Below, piece after piece: positions 8,205 through 15,684 of a stretch of 20,000 bases of DNA; the stretch's first letter is position 1, and the number at the start of each line of letters is the position of its first letter. Source of the stretch: an uncultured virus (IMG/VR IMGVR_UViG_3300046718_001244) (taxonomy: Duplodnaviria > Heunggongvirae > Uroviricota > Caudoviricetes); IMG/VR virus record IMGVR_UViG_3300046718_001244; one strand, written 5' to 3'. The notes beneath the pieces were generated by a model, which was not told the DNA's origin, did not search any database, and saw only the letters and a list, made by a program, of their open reading frames with translations. Made by a program: the position numbers and the translations under genes.

Positions 8205-8407
8205 CGATTGCTCTTCGGCTTGACGACAGCCGTGAGGGCGAGGCACCGGTTGCATCGCAAGTCCGTGGTCCCCGGCACCTCGTGGGACGCCTCGTGCTTG
8301 CAGTTCGCACGGAGCGCGTCGCACTCCTTGCACCTGCCATTGTGCCAGTCGCAGTGCCCATGCTGTACGGCGGGCTGCCCGCACGCGCAGACACGTCGCC
8401 CGCTCAC
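8201..8407 (-). CDS. Small Cys/His-rich Zn-finger protein, 68 aa
   Basis: GTG at 8407 overlaps the upstream TGA. Sequence MSGRRVCACG...HCDWH...CKEC...CKH...CNRC. Confidence 0.6.
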   Translation of the reverse strand: MSGRRVCACGQPAVQHGHCDWHNGRCKECDALRANCKHEASHEVPGTTDLRCNRCLALTAVVKPKSNR

Positions 8408-8811
8408 GGGGCGCTCGCGTGCACACTCTGCCGCGCGTACCGCGCGCGGGTGAGGTGCGTCTGCGCCATCGACTGGCTCATCCCGAGGCGCTCGGCGATG
8501 AGCGCGAGCGTCAGCGCGTCCTTTTCGTAGAGACGCAGCACCTTGTCGCTCGTCTCGTTCGGGGGAGAGGGAGGGGACTTGCGCGCCGGCTTGGGCTTCA
8601 CCTTGCGCGGCTTCTCGGGTGAGGGCAACGGGGAGAGAAGGCGCGCCCCCCGGAGCCCTCGCTCGATCGTCGCGCGACGCAAGATGAGCGTCACGCCGGT
8701 CCTCGCCGTCACCGCCTTGACGACCGGTCCCCGCACCATCTGGATGCGGATCTCCATCCGGCCCCCGCCGCTCCGCACGATCGTCCACACCTGCCCTCGC
8801 TTCACCCTCAT
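8404..8811 (-). CDS. Transcription regulator with C-terminal sigma70 region 4-like HTH, 135 aa
   Basis: ATG 8811 has a GGAGG SD. The C-terminus VLRLYEKDALTLALIAERLGMSQSMAQTHLTRAR matches the sigma4/ECF HTH pattern. Confidence 0.7.
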   Translation of the reverse strand: MRVKRGQVWTIVRSGGGRMEIRIQMVRGPVVKAVTARTGVTLILRRATIERGLRGARLLSPLPSPEKPRKVKPKPARKSPPSPPNETSDKVLRLYEKDALTLALIAERLGMSQSMAQTHLTRARYARQSVHASAP

Positions 8812-8889
8812 GGCGCGTCCTCCGATTTCTTTGTCACTACTACGATCTCTTATTGACACTGTCAACATCCAGTGCGCATAGTGCGCCTG
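8812..8889. promoter_or_regulatory. Divergent promoter/operator region
   Basis: AT-richer gap containing the palindrome TTGACA-C-TGTCAA (8853-8865). Rightward: TTGACA-N18-CATAGT-N7-ATG(8890). Leftward: TTGACA-N17-TAGTAG. The direct repeat AGTGCGC is at 8871 and 8880. Confidence 0.75.
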
Positions 8890-9105
8890 ATGACGGAGGC
8901 CAACGATTCGGGCGACACGGTTCCCATCACGGTGCGCGTTCCTCGCCACCTCGTCGACTGGCTCAAAGAGAAGCAGGCGGCGCACGCGAAGGATGGGCTT
9001 CGCGTGTCCTTGCCCACCTTGATCAACCAGAGCGTCGAGCGCGACAAGCGCGGCGATACCCACATGCGTCCTTCGGGACCGAAGAAAGCGAGACCCCACA
9101 CGTGA
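8890..9105 (+). CDS. Ribbon-helix-helix DNA-binding protein, 71 aa
   Basis: VPITVRVPRHLVDWLKEKQ...VSLPTLINQSVER has the alternating beta-strand plus two helices of the Arc/CopG family. It is the first gene of the operon. Confidence 0.7.
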   Translation: MTEANDSGDTVPITVRVPRHLVDWLKEKQAAHAKDGLRVSLPTLINQSVERDKRGDTHMRPSGPKKARPHT

Positions 9106-9476
9106 CCGACCACGAACGACCGAGCGCCTTCACCGACAGCCCCGAGGACATGATGGCGAAGGCCAGGGTCCTCATCGACGGGGGGACACTACCTCCCGCG
9201 GCCGCGCTTCTTCTCTCGGACCTCGCGCGCGAGCTCGGGAAATCGCGCCAGAGCCACGCGAGCCGGATCTCGATGGCGACCGCGGCGTACGCGGAGCGCC
9301 AGTCGATGGAGACCGAACTCCGGAGTCTCCGCGAGGAGAACAAGGCCATGAAGAGCCACGCACTTCGCCTGGCGCTCTACGCGAACCGCATGACGAAGGC
9401 GACGGCGATTCTCGTCTTTTTCTATGTGCTGCTGCTCGCGGCGGCCCTCGTTCTTCGCCACCGGTGCGCAGGATGA
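9102..9476 (+). CDS. Coiled-coil protein with C-terminal TM helix, 124 aa
   Basis: GTGA overlap. METELRSLREENKAMK is a coiled coil and AILVFFYVLLLAAALVL a TM helix. Confidence 0.7.
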   Translation: MTDHERPSAFTDSPEDMMAKARVLIDGGTLPPAAALLLSDLARELGKSRQSHASRISMATAAYAERQSMETELRSLREENKAMKSHALRLALYANRMTKATAILVFFYVLLLAAALVLRHRCAG

Positions 9477-9682
9477 GGACCGATCGCCCCTGCCTCGTGT
9501 GCGGTCTCGTGGAGCAACTCGCCCAAGGCGTGACGACCGAGGTCGTCTTGGTCGCCGCGATCCTGCACGGCGTCGCCGCCGGCGCGATCCCCGGCGCTCG
9601 GCCGTCGCTCTGCCCCGAGCACGATCTCGTCCGCACGATCCTCGCGCAGACGGTCCAGTCCTCGGAGACCCTCCGCGCATGA
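9473..9682 (+). CDS. Small hypothetical protein (CxxC...CxxH), 69 aa
   Basis: ATGA overlaps at both ends; contains PCLVC and LCPEH. Confidence 0.6.
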   Translation: MRTDRPCLVCGLVEQLAQGVTTEVVLVAAILHGVAAGAIPGARPSLCPEHDLVRTILAQTVQSSETLRA

Positions 9683-11172
9683 ACGCCTTCGAAGAGTACC
9701 TGAAAGGCAAGGGCTCGTTGACGCCAGAGGAACGGGAAGCGTCGCTCGTCGGCGCGGTCCGGATGCTCAAGGCCGAGAACGACAACCTCAAGACCCTCTT
9801 CGACGGCGCGAAGAAGCAGGTCCTGGCGCAAGGCGCCATCGTGGGGGTGCGGGACGGCGTGACTCTCCTCGCGACCGAGCAGGGCATCCTGAGCGTGCGG
9901 AGCCCTACGCACTTCATCAAGCCTCCGAGGGAAGGCGACATCGTCTGGGCGGTTCCCGACTCGGGACAGATCCTCTCGATCGAGACCCAGCCGCCGGCGG
10001 TGGGTCCCACCGTGAAGGTGGCGCGGATCGTCAGCCCCGGACTTCTCGCAATCCACGGGAGCGACATCGCCGACCGGCTCGTCTACTGCCGCGCTTCGCT
10101 CGCCTGCAAGCCGGGCGACGAGGTCGTCCTCGACGGAACGCGCACCGTCGTCGCCGTCAACCTGGGTCAAGAGCAGAGGGTGAGCGAGCTCGCCTTCACC
10201 GAGGAGACGGGGATCACCTGGGACGACATCGCGGGGATGGCGGAAGCGAAGCGGGCCCTCCGGGAAGCGATCGAGGGTCCCGTCTTGAACGCCGAGGTGT
10301 ACCGGGAATTCGGGAAGGCCCCCTGCAAGGGGATCCTGCTCTACGGCGCCCCCGGGAATGGAAAGACCCTCTTCGCCAAGGCCATCGCGACGGCGATCGG
10401 AGAGAGGGGAGGCGGAAAGAAGTCCGGCTTCATCTACGTGAAGGGCCCGGAAGTGCTGCAGGGGATCGTCGGCCAGAGCGAAGGGAAAGTCCGAAAGCTC
10501 TTCGAGGCCGCGAGGGATCACCACGAGGCGCATGGCTACCCGGCGGTCGTCTGCATCGACGAGGCCGACGCGATCCTCGGCAAGCGCACCGACTCGAAAA
10601 TCTCGATGGAGAAGACCATCGTGCCGCAGTTCCTGGCGGAGATGGACGGGATCGATCCGTCGGGGGCTCTCGTCATCCTCCTCACCAACCGCCCCGACAC
10701 CCTGGACCCCGCGGTGACGAGGGAGGGCAGGATCGACCTCAAGATCGCGATCCCACGACCCGACAAGGACGACGCCGCGAAGATCGTCCAGTACCACCTC
10801 GCCAAGCGCTTGCTCGCGCCGGAGTCTGATCTGCTCACGCTCGCGAAGGGGGCGGCCGACGCGCTCTTTAGCCCTCGGCACATGATGTACATGGTCCGCA
10901 TGCACCCGAACCGCGGCATGGACTCGCGGATCGGCTTGGACCGATTCGTGAGCGGGTCGATGTGCGCGGGGGTCGTCGACCGGGCGACGATCCGTGCCAT
11001 CCGCCGGCACTTGGAGGGCGGAGCGCCGAAGGGCGTCACCGCCGAGGACCTCGAGGCGGCCGTGAAGGAGACGCCGGCGCAGATCAAGGGCCTCGCGCAC
11101 GGCGAGGAGATTTCGGCGGTCGTCGGTGAATTCGGCGGCCCGAGCCACGTCAAAAGCGTGGACCCGATATGA
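9679..11172 (+). CDS. ARC/Mpa-like proteasome-type AAA+ ATPase, 497 aa
   Basis: ATG 9679 (ATGA overlap). N-terminal coiled coil, two OB-like segments (REGDIVWAV; KPGDEVVLD), ITWDDIAG, Walker A GAPGNGKT, KGPEVL, Walker B VCIDEAD, KTIVPQFLAEMDG, SRH TNRPDTLDPAVTREGRID and the ARC-like SGSMCAGVVDRA...AIRR. Confidence 0.85.
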   Translation: MNAFEEYLKGKGSLTPEEREASLVGAVRMLKAENDNLKTLFDGAKKQVLAQGAIVGVRDGVTLLATEQGILSVRSPTHFIKPPREGDIVWAVPDSGQILSIETQPPAVGPTVKVARIVSPGLLAIHGSDIADRLVYCRASLACKPGDEVVLDGTRTVVAVNLGQEQRVSELAFTEETGITWDDIAGMAEAKRALREAIEGPVLNAEVYREFGKAPCKGILLYGAPGNGKTLFAKAIATAIGERGGGKKSGFIYVKGPEVLQGIVGQSEGKVRKLFEAARDHHEAHGYPAVVCIDEADAILGKRTDSKISMEKTIVPQFLAEMDGIDPSGALVILLTNRPDTLDPAVTREGRIDLKIAIPRPDKDDAAKIVQYHLAKRLLAPESDLLTLAKGAADALFSPRHMMYMVRMHPNRGMDSRIGLDRFVSGSMCAGVVDRATIRAIRRHLEGGAPKGVTAEDLEAAVKETPAQIKGLAHGEEISAVVGEFGGPSHVKSVDPI

Positions 11173-11366
11173 AACTTCTCACCTGGACCCTCGTCTACCT
11201 GGCGGTCGCCGCTTTGACGCTCGGCATCGCATGGTCGATCCACGAGCGCCACGAGCGCACGAGCGAGGTCGCGGTGGCAGCCTGCGTGATGGGCCTCTTT
11301 TGGCCGTTCTCGATTGTGGTCATACTGGGCGTCAAGATCGGCAACAGGTTGCGGAGCAAGAAGTGA
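11169..11366 (+). CDS. Small membrane protein (two TM helices), 65 aa
   Basis: LLTWTLVYLAVAALTLGIAW and VAVAACVMGLFWPFSIVVILGV. Coupled overlaps at both ends. Confidence 0.7.
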   Translation: MKLLTWTLVYLAVAALTLGIAWSIHERHERTSEVAVAACVMGLFWPFSIVVILGVKIGNRLRSKK

Positions 11367-12205
11367 TGGCCGACGACTTCGGCGACCGGATGAAGGCCTA
11401 CGAGCGGCGAGAAAGCCTCTCGCTCATGCCGCGCGTGCCCGCGATGGCGCGCCTCGACGGGAGAGCGTTTCATGCGTTCACGAAGCACTGCAAGCGGCCG
11501 TTCAGCCTCCTCTTGCACCGGATGATGGTGGCGGTGACGACGCACCTCGTCGTCCACTCGTGCGCCGACGTCGGCTACACGCAGAGTGACGAGATCACGC
11601 TCTGCTGGTTGGGCCAGCCTTTCTTCGACGGGCACGTGCAGAAGATGGTCTCGTCGCTCGCGGCGATGGCGAGCGTGCACCTCCAGACCTTCGCGTGGGC
11701 GCCCGAGGGCGGACCCACGATGGGCGACGTCGTCTTGAAGCGCGAGACGGTCTCGGGCCTCGCGTGGAACAAATCACCCACCTTCGACTGCCGGGTGTGG
11801 TCGGTGCCGGATCGAGTCGAGGCCGCCAACGTCTTTCTCTGGCGCCAGATGGACGCGAGCCGGAACAGCGTCCAGATGGCCGCCAGGCACTACCTCGGCC
11901 ACGCCGCGTGCGACAAGCTCAACGGCAAGGAGCTTCAAGAGGAACTGTACCGCGTCCACGGCATCAACTGGAGCGACTACGACCCGTGGTGCAAGCGGGG
12001 GACGTTCGTGAGGCATGGCAAGACCCTGCGAGCGTTCACGTCGGAGGAGATCGCGGCTCTTCCGGAGAGGCACCACGCGCGGAACGATCCCTCTCTCGTC
12101 GTCGAGCGGAGGGTCCTCGTCGAGGGCGACATCGATCTCCGATCCTATGACGACCGGGTGACCGTCCTCTTCGAGGACGACCCCGCGAACCACGTGCGAC
12201 GATGA
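11366..12205 (+). CDS. thg1: tRNA(His) guanylyltransferase Thg1-like protein (3'-5' polymerase), 279 aa
   Basis: ATG 11366 (TGATG). FGDRMKAYE, ARLDGRAFHAFT, GYTQSDEI, FDGHVQK, FDCRV, WRQMDASRNS and GINW...KRGT are all Thg1/TLP hallmark motifs, including the catalytic Asp residues. Confidence 0.93.
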   Translation: MADDFGDRMKAYERRESLSLMPRVPAMARLDGRAFHAFTKHCKRPFSLLLHRMMVAVTTHLVVHSCADVGYTQSDEITLCWLGQPFFDGHVQKMVSSLAAMASVHLQTFAWAPEGGPTMGDVVLKRETVSGLAWNKSPTFDCRVWSVPDRVEAANVFLWRQMDASRNSVQMAARHYLGHAACDKLNGKELQEELYRVHGINWSDYDPWCKRGTFVRHGKTLRAFTSEEIAALPERHHARNDPSLVVERRVLVEGDIDLRSYDDRVTVLFEDDPANHVRR

Positions 12206-13062
12206 GCGGCAAAACTTCCATCGAATGGACGCGCTCCGAGGACGGCACCGCCGGGTACACTTGGAACCCCGTTCGTGGATGCCGCGAGGTCTCTCCTGGG
12301 TGCGACCACTGCTACGCCCGCACCTTCGCCGAGCGGTGGCGAGGAGTGCCCGGTCACCCCTACGAGGCGGGCTTCGATCCCCGGTTCGTTCCAGGGCACC
12401 TGACCGATCCCCTGCGGTGGAGAACTCCGCGCACGGTCTTCGTCAACTCGATGAGCGACCTCTTTCAGGGTGCGTTCTCCGACGAGCAGATCGCAGCGGT
12501 CTTCGGCGTCATGGGCGCCTGCCCGCGGCACATCTTTCAGGTGCTCACCAAGCGCGAACTGCGCCTTGGCAAGTGGCACGCGCACGCGCTGACGGCCATC
12601 GGCCCTTCGGGTCGCCCGCTCGGGCCTGCCGGTTGGTGCAACGAGGCGGCCGTGTGGGCTACGACCGAAGAGGGCGTCTTCCCGAAGGGTCTCGCTGGCT
12701 ACCGCCGCGACTGGCCTCTCCCGAACGTGTGGCAGGGCGTTTCGGTCGAGAGCCGGGACTACCTTTCGCGGATCGACGAGCTTCGCGCCATCCCTGCCGC
12801 GGTCCGATTCCTCTCGCTCGAGCCGTTGCTCGAGGACCTCGGGACCATTGACTTGACCGGCATCGACTGGGTCATCGTCGGAGGGGAGAGTGGGCTCGGG
12901 GCGAGGCTCATGCCCATCGAGTGGGTGCGGTCGATCCGGGACCAGTGCGAAGCCGCCGGAGTCCACTTCTTTTTCAAACAATGGGGAGGTCTCTCGAAGA
13001 AGCGCTTCGGGCGCGAGCTCGACGGACGCACCTACGACGCGATGCCCGCGAGGACGCCATGA
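12202..13062 (+). CDS. DUF5131 / phage Gp37-Gp68 family protein (three-Cys, radical-SAM-like), 286 aa
   Basis: TSIEWT...TWNPVRGCREVSPGCDHCYA, VFVNSMSDLF, FQVLTKR, NVWQGVSVE, RFLSLEPLL, WVIVGGESG and FFFKQWGG. Confidence 0.93.
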   Translation: MSGKTSIEWTRSEDGTAGYTWNPVRGCREVSPGCDHCYARTFAERWRGVPGHPYEAGFDPRFVPGHLTDPLRWRTPRTVFVNSMSDLFQGAFSDEQIAAVFGVMGACPRHIFQVLTKRELRLGKWHAHALTAIGPSGRPLGPAGWCNEAAVWATTEEGVFPKGLAGYRRDWPLPNVWQGVSVESRDYLSRIDELRAIPAAVRFLSLEPLLEDLGTIDLTGIDWVIVGGESGLGARLMPIEWVRSIRDQCEAAGVHFFFKQWGGLSKKRFGRELDGRTYDAMPARTP

Positions 13063-13577
13063 CCAAGCGCCCCGCGTCCGTCCTCTCGCCCGAGGTCGTC
13101 GCAGCGGCGCGCATCGCCTCGAAGGCGCTGTCGAAGGCGGGGATCCGCCACGTCCTCATCGGGGGACTCGCCGTCAACGCCTACGGCTTCGTCCGAAACA
13201 CGACGGACGTCGACTTTCTCGTTGGGAGTGAAGCGTACGTCGAGCAACCTGGCGGCTTCGTCACGCTCGCGCCGGGCGTGCCCATCGCGATCGGGTCGGT
13301 GGTCGTCGACACGCTCGACGACGACGCCCTCTCGGAGGACGAGACCGAGGATCCCGAAACGGAGTGGGAGGGCGTCCCCCTCGTATCGCTCGAGGGGCTC
13401 TTCTTTCTGAAACTCAAGGCGTGGAGGCGGAAGGACCAGATGGATCTCGTGGAGCTTTTGAAGGCCGGAGCCGACGAGGACACGCTCAGGGACTACCTCG
13501 TCCTGCTCGGGGGAGATCCGAGCTTGCTCGAGCGGTTCGATACGGCGGTGGTGCGTGCCAACGAGGAGGAGACATGA
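13059..13577 (+). CDS. AbiEii/DUF1814-like nucleotidyltransferase, 172 aa
   Basis: ATG 13059 (ATGA). LIGGLAVNAYGFVRNTTDVDFLV (GG...RxTxDxD) and LKLKAWRRKDQMDL (K...RxKDxxD). Confidence 0.8.
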   Translation: MTKRPASVLSPEVVAAARIASKALSKAGIRHVLIGGLAVNAYGFVRNTTDVDFLVGSEAYVEQPGGFVTLAPGVPIAIGSVVVDTLDDDALSEDETEDPETEWEGVPLVSLEGLFFLKLKAWRRKDQMDLVELLKAGADEDTLRDYLVLLGGDPSLLERFDTAVVRANEEET

Positions 13578-14008
13578 TGACCATCGACAACGTGACGATT
13601 GAAGCCTGCGCGAGAGCCGCCCACGAGGTGAACCGCGCTTACTGCCTCGCCCTCGGCGACACGTCGCAACCTCCGTGGGAGGAGGCTCCCGAGTGGCAGA
13701 AGTCGAGCGCCCGCAAGGGCGTCCAGGGCGTCATCTCCGGCAACGGTCCCGAGCAGTCCCACGAGTCGTGGCTCGCGGAGAAGGCGGAGAGCGGGTGGAA
13801 GTACGGGCCGGTCAAGGACCCCGAGAAGAAGGAGCACCCGTGCTTCGTGCCGTACCGAGAGCTTCCGCCGGAGCAGAAGAAGAAGGACTCCCTCTTCGTC
13901 GGCACGGTCCGCTGCGTCGCCGCCGCGCTCGGGGCGACGGTGGTGTACCCGGCGACGCTCGGAGAGCCTACGAGGACGATTGACTGGTCGAAGACCGAGG
14001 GTCTCTGA
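13574..14008 (+). CDS. RyR (ryanodine receptor repeat) domain phage protein, 144 aa
   Basis: ARAAHEVNRAYC...PEQSHESWLAEKAESGWKYGPVKDPEKKEHPCFVPYRELPPEQKKKD. Confidence 0.88.
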   Translation: MMTIDNVTIEACARAAHEVNRAYCLALGDTSQPPWEEAPEWQKSSARKGVQGVISGNGPEQSHESWLAEKAESGWKYGPVKDPEKKEHPCFVPYRELPPEQKKKDSLFVGTVRCVAAALGATVVYPATLGEPTRTIDWSKTEGL

Positions 14009-14012
14009 GGAC

Positions 14013-15122
14013 ATGATCCGCACGCTCCTCTCTCTCCTCGCCGCGAAGCTCCCGCCTCCGCGCATCATCTTCGATCGCGCCGGCAAGAGCCCGTACCTCT
14101 CTCGCTGGTACCTCCTCGGTCGTCCCACGATGCCCGACGGGAGTCACCCGTTCACGGAGGACGGATCTCCGAAGGAGGGGATCCTCGATCCCGATCGCCT
14201 CTTCGCGGTCTTCCTTCACAAGTTCCACCGTGGCGACGACGACGCCGAACTCCACAACCATCCGTGGAAGTGGGCCCTCTCGCTCGTGCTCTCGGGAGGG
14301 TACAGGGAGGAGCGGAGGCGAGGCGCGCCGGAGAGGGGAGGCGCGGTCTCGATCCGCACCGTCTTCCCGTGGACCCTGAACCTCATCCACCACGGCACAT
14401 TTCACCGAGTAGATTTACTCGGTGAAGACGCGTGGAGTCTATTTCTCGCGGGGCCGCGGGAGAAGACCTGGGGCTTCTGGAATCGGAGTACCGGGCGGTA
14501 CATGCCGTGGAGGGACTTCATCACCTGGAGGCGAAGCACGCTCGCGCGCGTCCGCTTCATCGACAGCCAGCCAGTCATTGCAAACAACACTGACGCTCGG
14601 GCATCGACGCCGTATCAGGCAGACCCGTGGCAGCCAGCGCGCGAGGGAGATCGCTTCCTGTCGGTCACGCACCGGCGTGTCGCCTCCGAGGTGACTAGCC
14701 TGCTGCCCTACGAGGGCGGGTGCGTACTGCGGGGAGATGGGGAGGCGCTCCTGCCGGCGAGGAGGTACCCGAACGGAAAGGTGCTGGTCTCCGAGGCCTC
14801 GTCCAGCCAAGACAACACTTTTTATGCCAACGCGCGCGCGCGTCAGTGGCAGCGTTGCGTGCAGTGCAGCGGCGAGTTAGGGGAGTCGCCCTCTCCGATC
14901 CTGGTGCCGGCGGACGAGCCGAGCGGATACCGGATCGTCTCGTGGTTCTGCGAGACGTGCTCGCGCGAGGCAGATGCGCCTCAGGGCGAGCCGCTCGTCG
15001 AGGTCGATCTCTATGCGTGGAAGAAGCGCTGCGAGGACGACGATTGCTTCTTTTGCGATGCCGTCGTGAAGCGGGCCGAGTCGGGGCTTGAGGCGTCTCA
15101 CCGGTCCCTCATCCTCCGATGA
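14013..15122 (+). CDS. Phage cupin-fold protein fused to a C-terminal Cys-rich Zn-binding region, 369 aa
   Basis: PYLSRW...FLHKFHRGDDDAELHNHPW...LVLSGGYREE...FHRVDL...WSLFLAGPREKTWGFW (metal-binding cupin). The C-terminus has CVQC, CETC and CEDDDCFFC. Confidence 0.75.
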   Translation: MIRTLLSLLAAKLPPPRIIFDRAGKSPYLSRWYLLGRPTMPDGSHPFTEDGSPKEGILDPDRLFAVFLHKFHRGDDDAELHNHPWKWALSLVLSGGYREERRRGAPERGGAVSIRTVFPWTLNLIHHGTFHRVDLLGEDAWSLFLAGPREKTWGFWNRSTGRYMPWRDFITWRRSTLARVRFIDSQPVIANNTDARASTPYQADPWQPAREGDRFLSVTHRRVASEVTSLLPYEGGCVLRGDGEALLPARRYPNGKVLVSEASSSQDNTFYANARARQWQRCVQCSGELGESPSPILVPADEPSGYRIVSWFCETCSREADAPQGEPLVEVDLYAWKKRCEDDDCFFCDAVVKRAESGLEASHRSLILR

Positions 15123-15469
15123 ACCTCCCCCATCACCTTCACCTGATGACGGTCCGGATCCGCAAGTCCCGCCGCAGAGCCGCCCGATTCCGCCGTCGCT
15201 CGAACCTCTCTGCCTTTCTCTTCTGCGTGTGGATCCTAGCGCCCACCTACCTCTTGCCGCCGTGGGCCCGCGCAGCGTCGATCGTCGCGATGGGGCTCGC
15301 GTACGTCCGCGCGAGCTATCTGATCGATCACGCGAGGGTCTACGACCGGGTCGTGGATCGATCCCACGGGGCGATGCTCACGATCCTCGCGGTGCAGCGG
15401 TGGCAGATGGATGACGAGGGCCTGCGACGTCGAGGCGAGCGGGCGAGCTCGGGGGGAGGCTGGTCATGA
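15119..15469 (+). CDS. Membrane protein, 116 aa
   Basis: Basic N-terminus followed by two hydrophobic segments; ATGA overlaps. Confidence 0.6.
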   Translation: MNLPHHLHLMTVRIRKSRRRAARFRRRSNLSAFLFCVWILAPTYLLPPWARAASIVAMGLAYVRASYLIDHARVYDRVVDRSHGAMLTILAVQRWQMDDEGLRRRGERASSGGGWS

Positions 15470-15684
15470 ACGCCATCACGACGCTGGAGGGCATCTCGCT
15501 CAAGGGCACGGAGGATCTCCCGTGGGCGCATGCTCCGGGATGTCGCTGCAAGCCCGAAGAGACCTTCACGTGCGCCCACTGCGGGCGGAGGGTGGGCTAT
15601 TGCCTCGGCGGCTTCGACAACATGCCCGAGGCCTGCAACTTCTGCTGGAAGCCGGAGGAGGAGGGCGTGGCACATGGGCAGTGA
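15466..15684 (+). CDS. Small Cys-rich Zn-finger protein, 72 aa
   Basis: HAPGCRC, CAHC, YC and CNFC; SD GGAGG. Confidence 0.65.
   Translation: MNAITTLEGISLKGTEDLPWAHAPGCRCKPEETFTCAHCGRRVGYCLGGFDNMPEACNFCWKPEEEGVAHGQ

Noticed and set aside
7935..8426. N-terminal extension of the 499-aa JAB ORF
   Set aside because: It overlaps two plausible small genes and reads as shadow sequence. An extended -10 supports the start at 7934.
9172..11148. 658-aa minus-strand ORF, and similar long antisense ORFs (2134..3636, 3254..4636, 485..1312, 17821..18753)
   Set aside because: They are antisense to well-supported genes and have no motifs. Long stop-free shadows are expected with strongly G/C-ending codons.
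9679..11172. Complete Pup-proteasome operon
   Set aside because: No pup, pafA/dop or prcA/prcB genes are recognisable nearby, and no small ORF ends in GGE/GGQ.
13059..13577. Classical AbiE type IV toxin-antitoxin pair
   Set aside because: There is no adjacent AbiEi-like antitoxin or separate promoter; the gene is embedded in the coupled operon.
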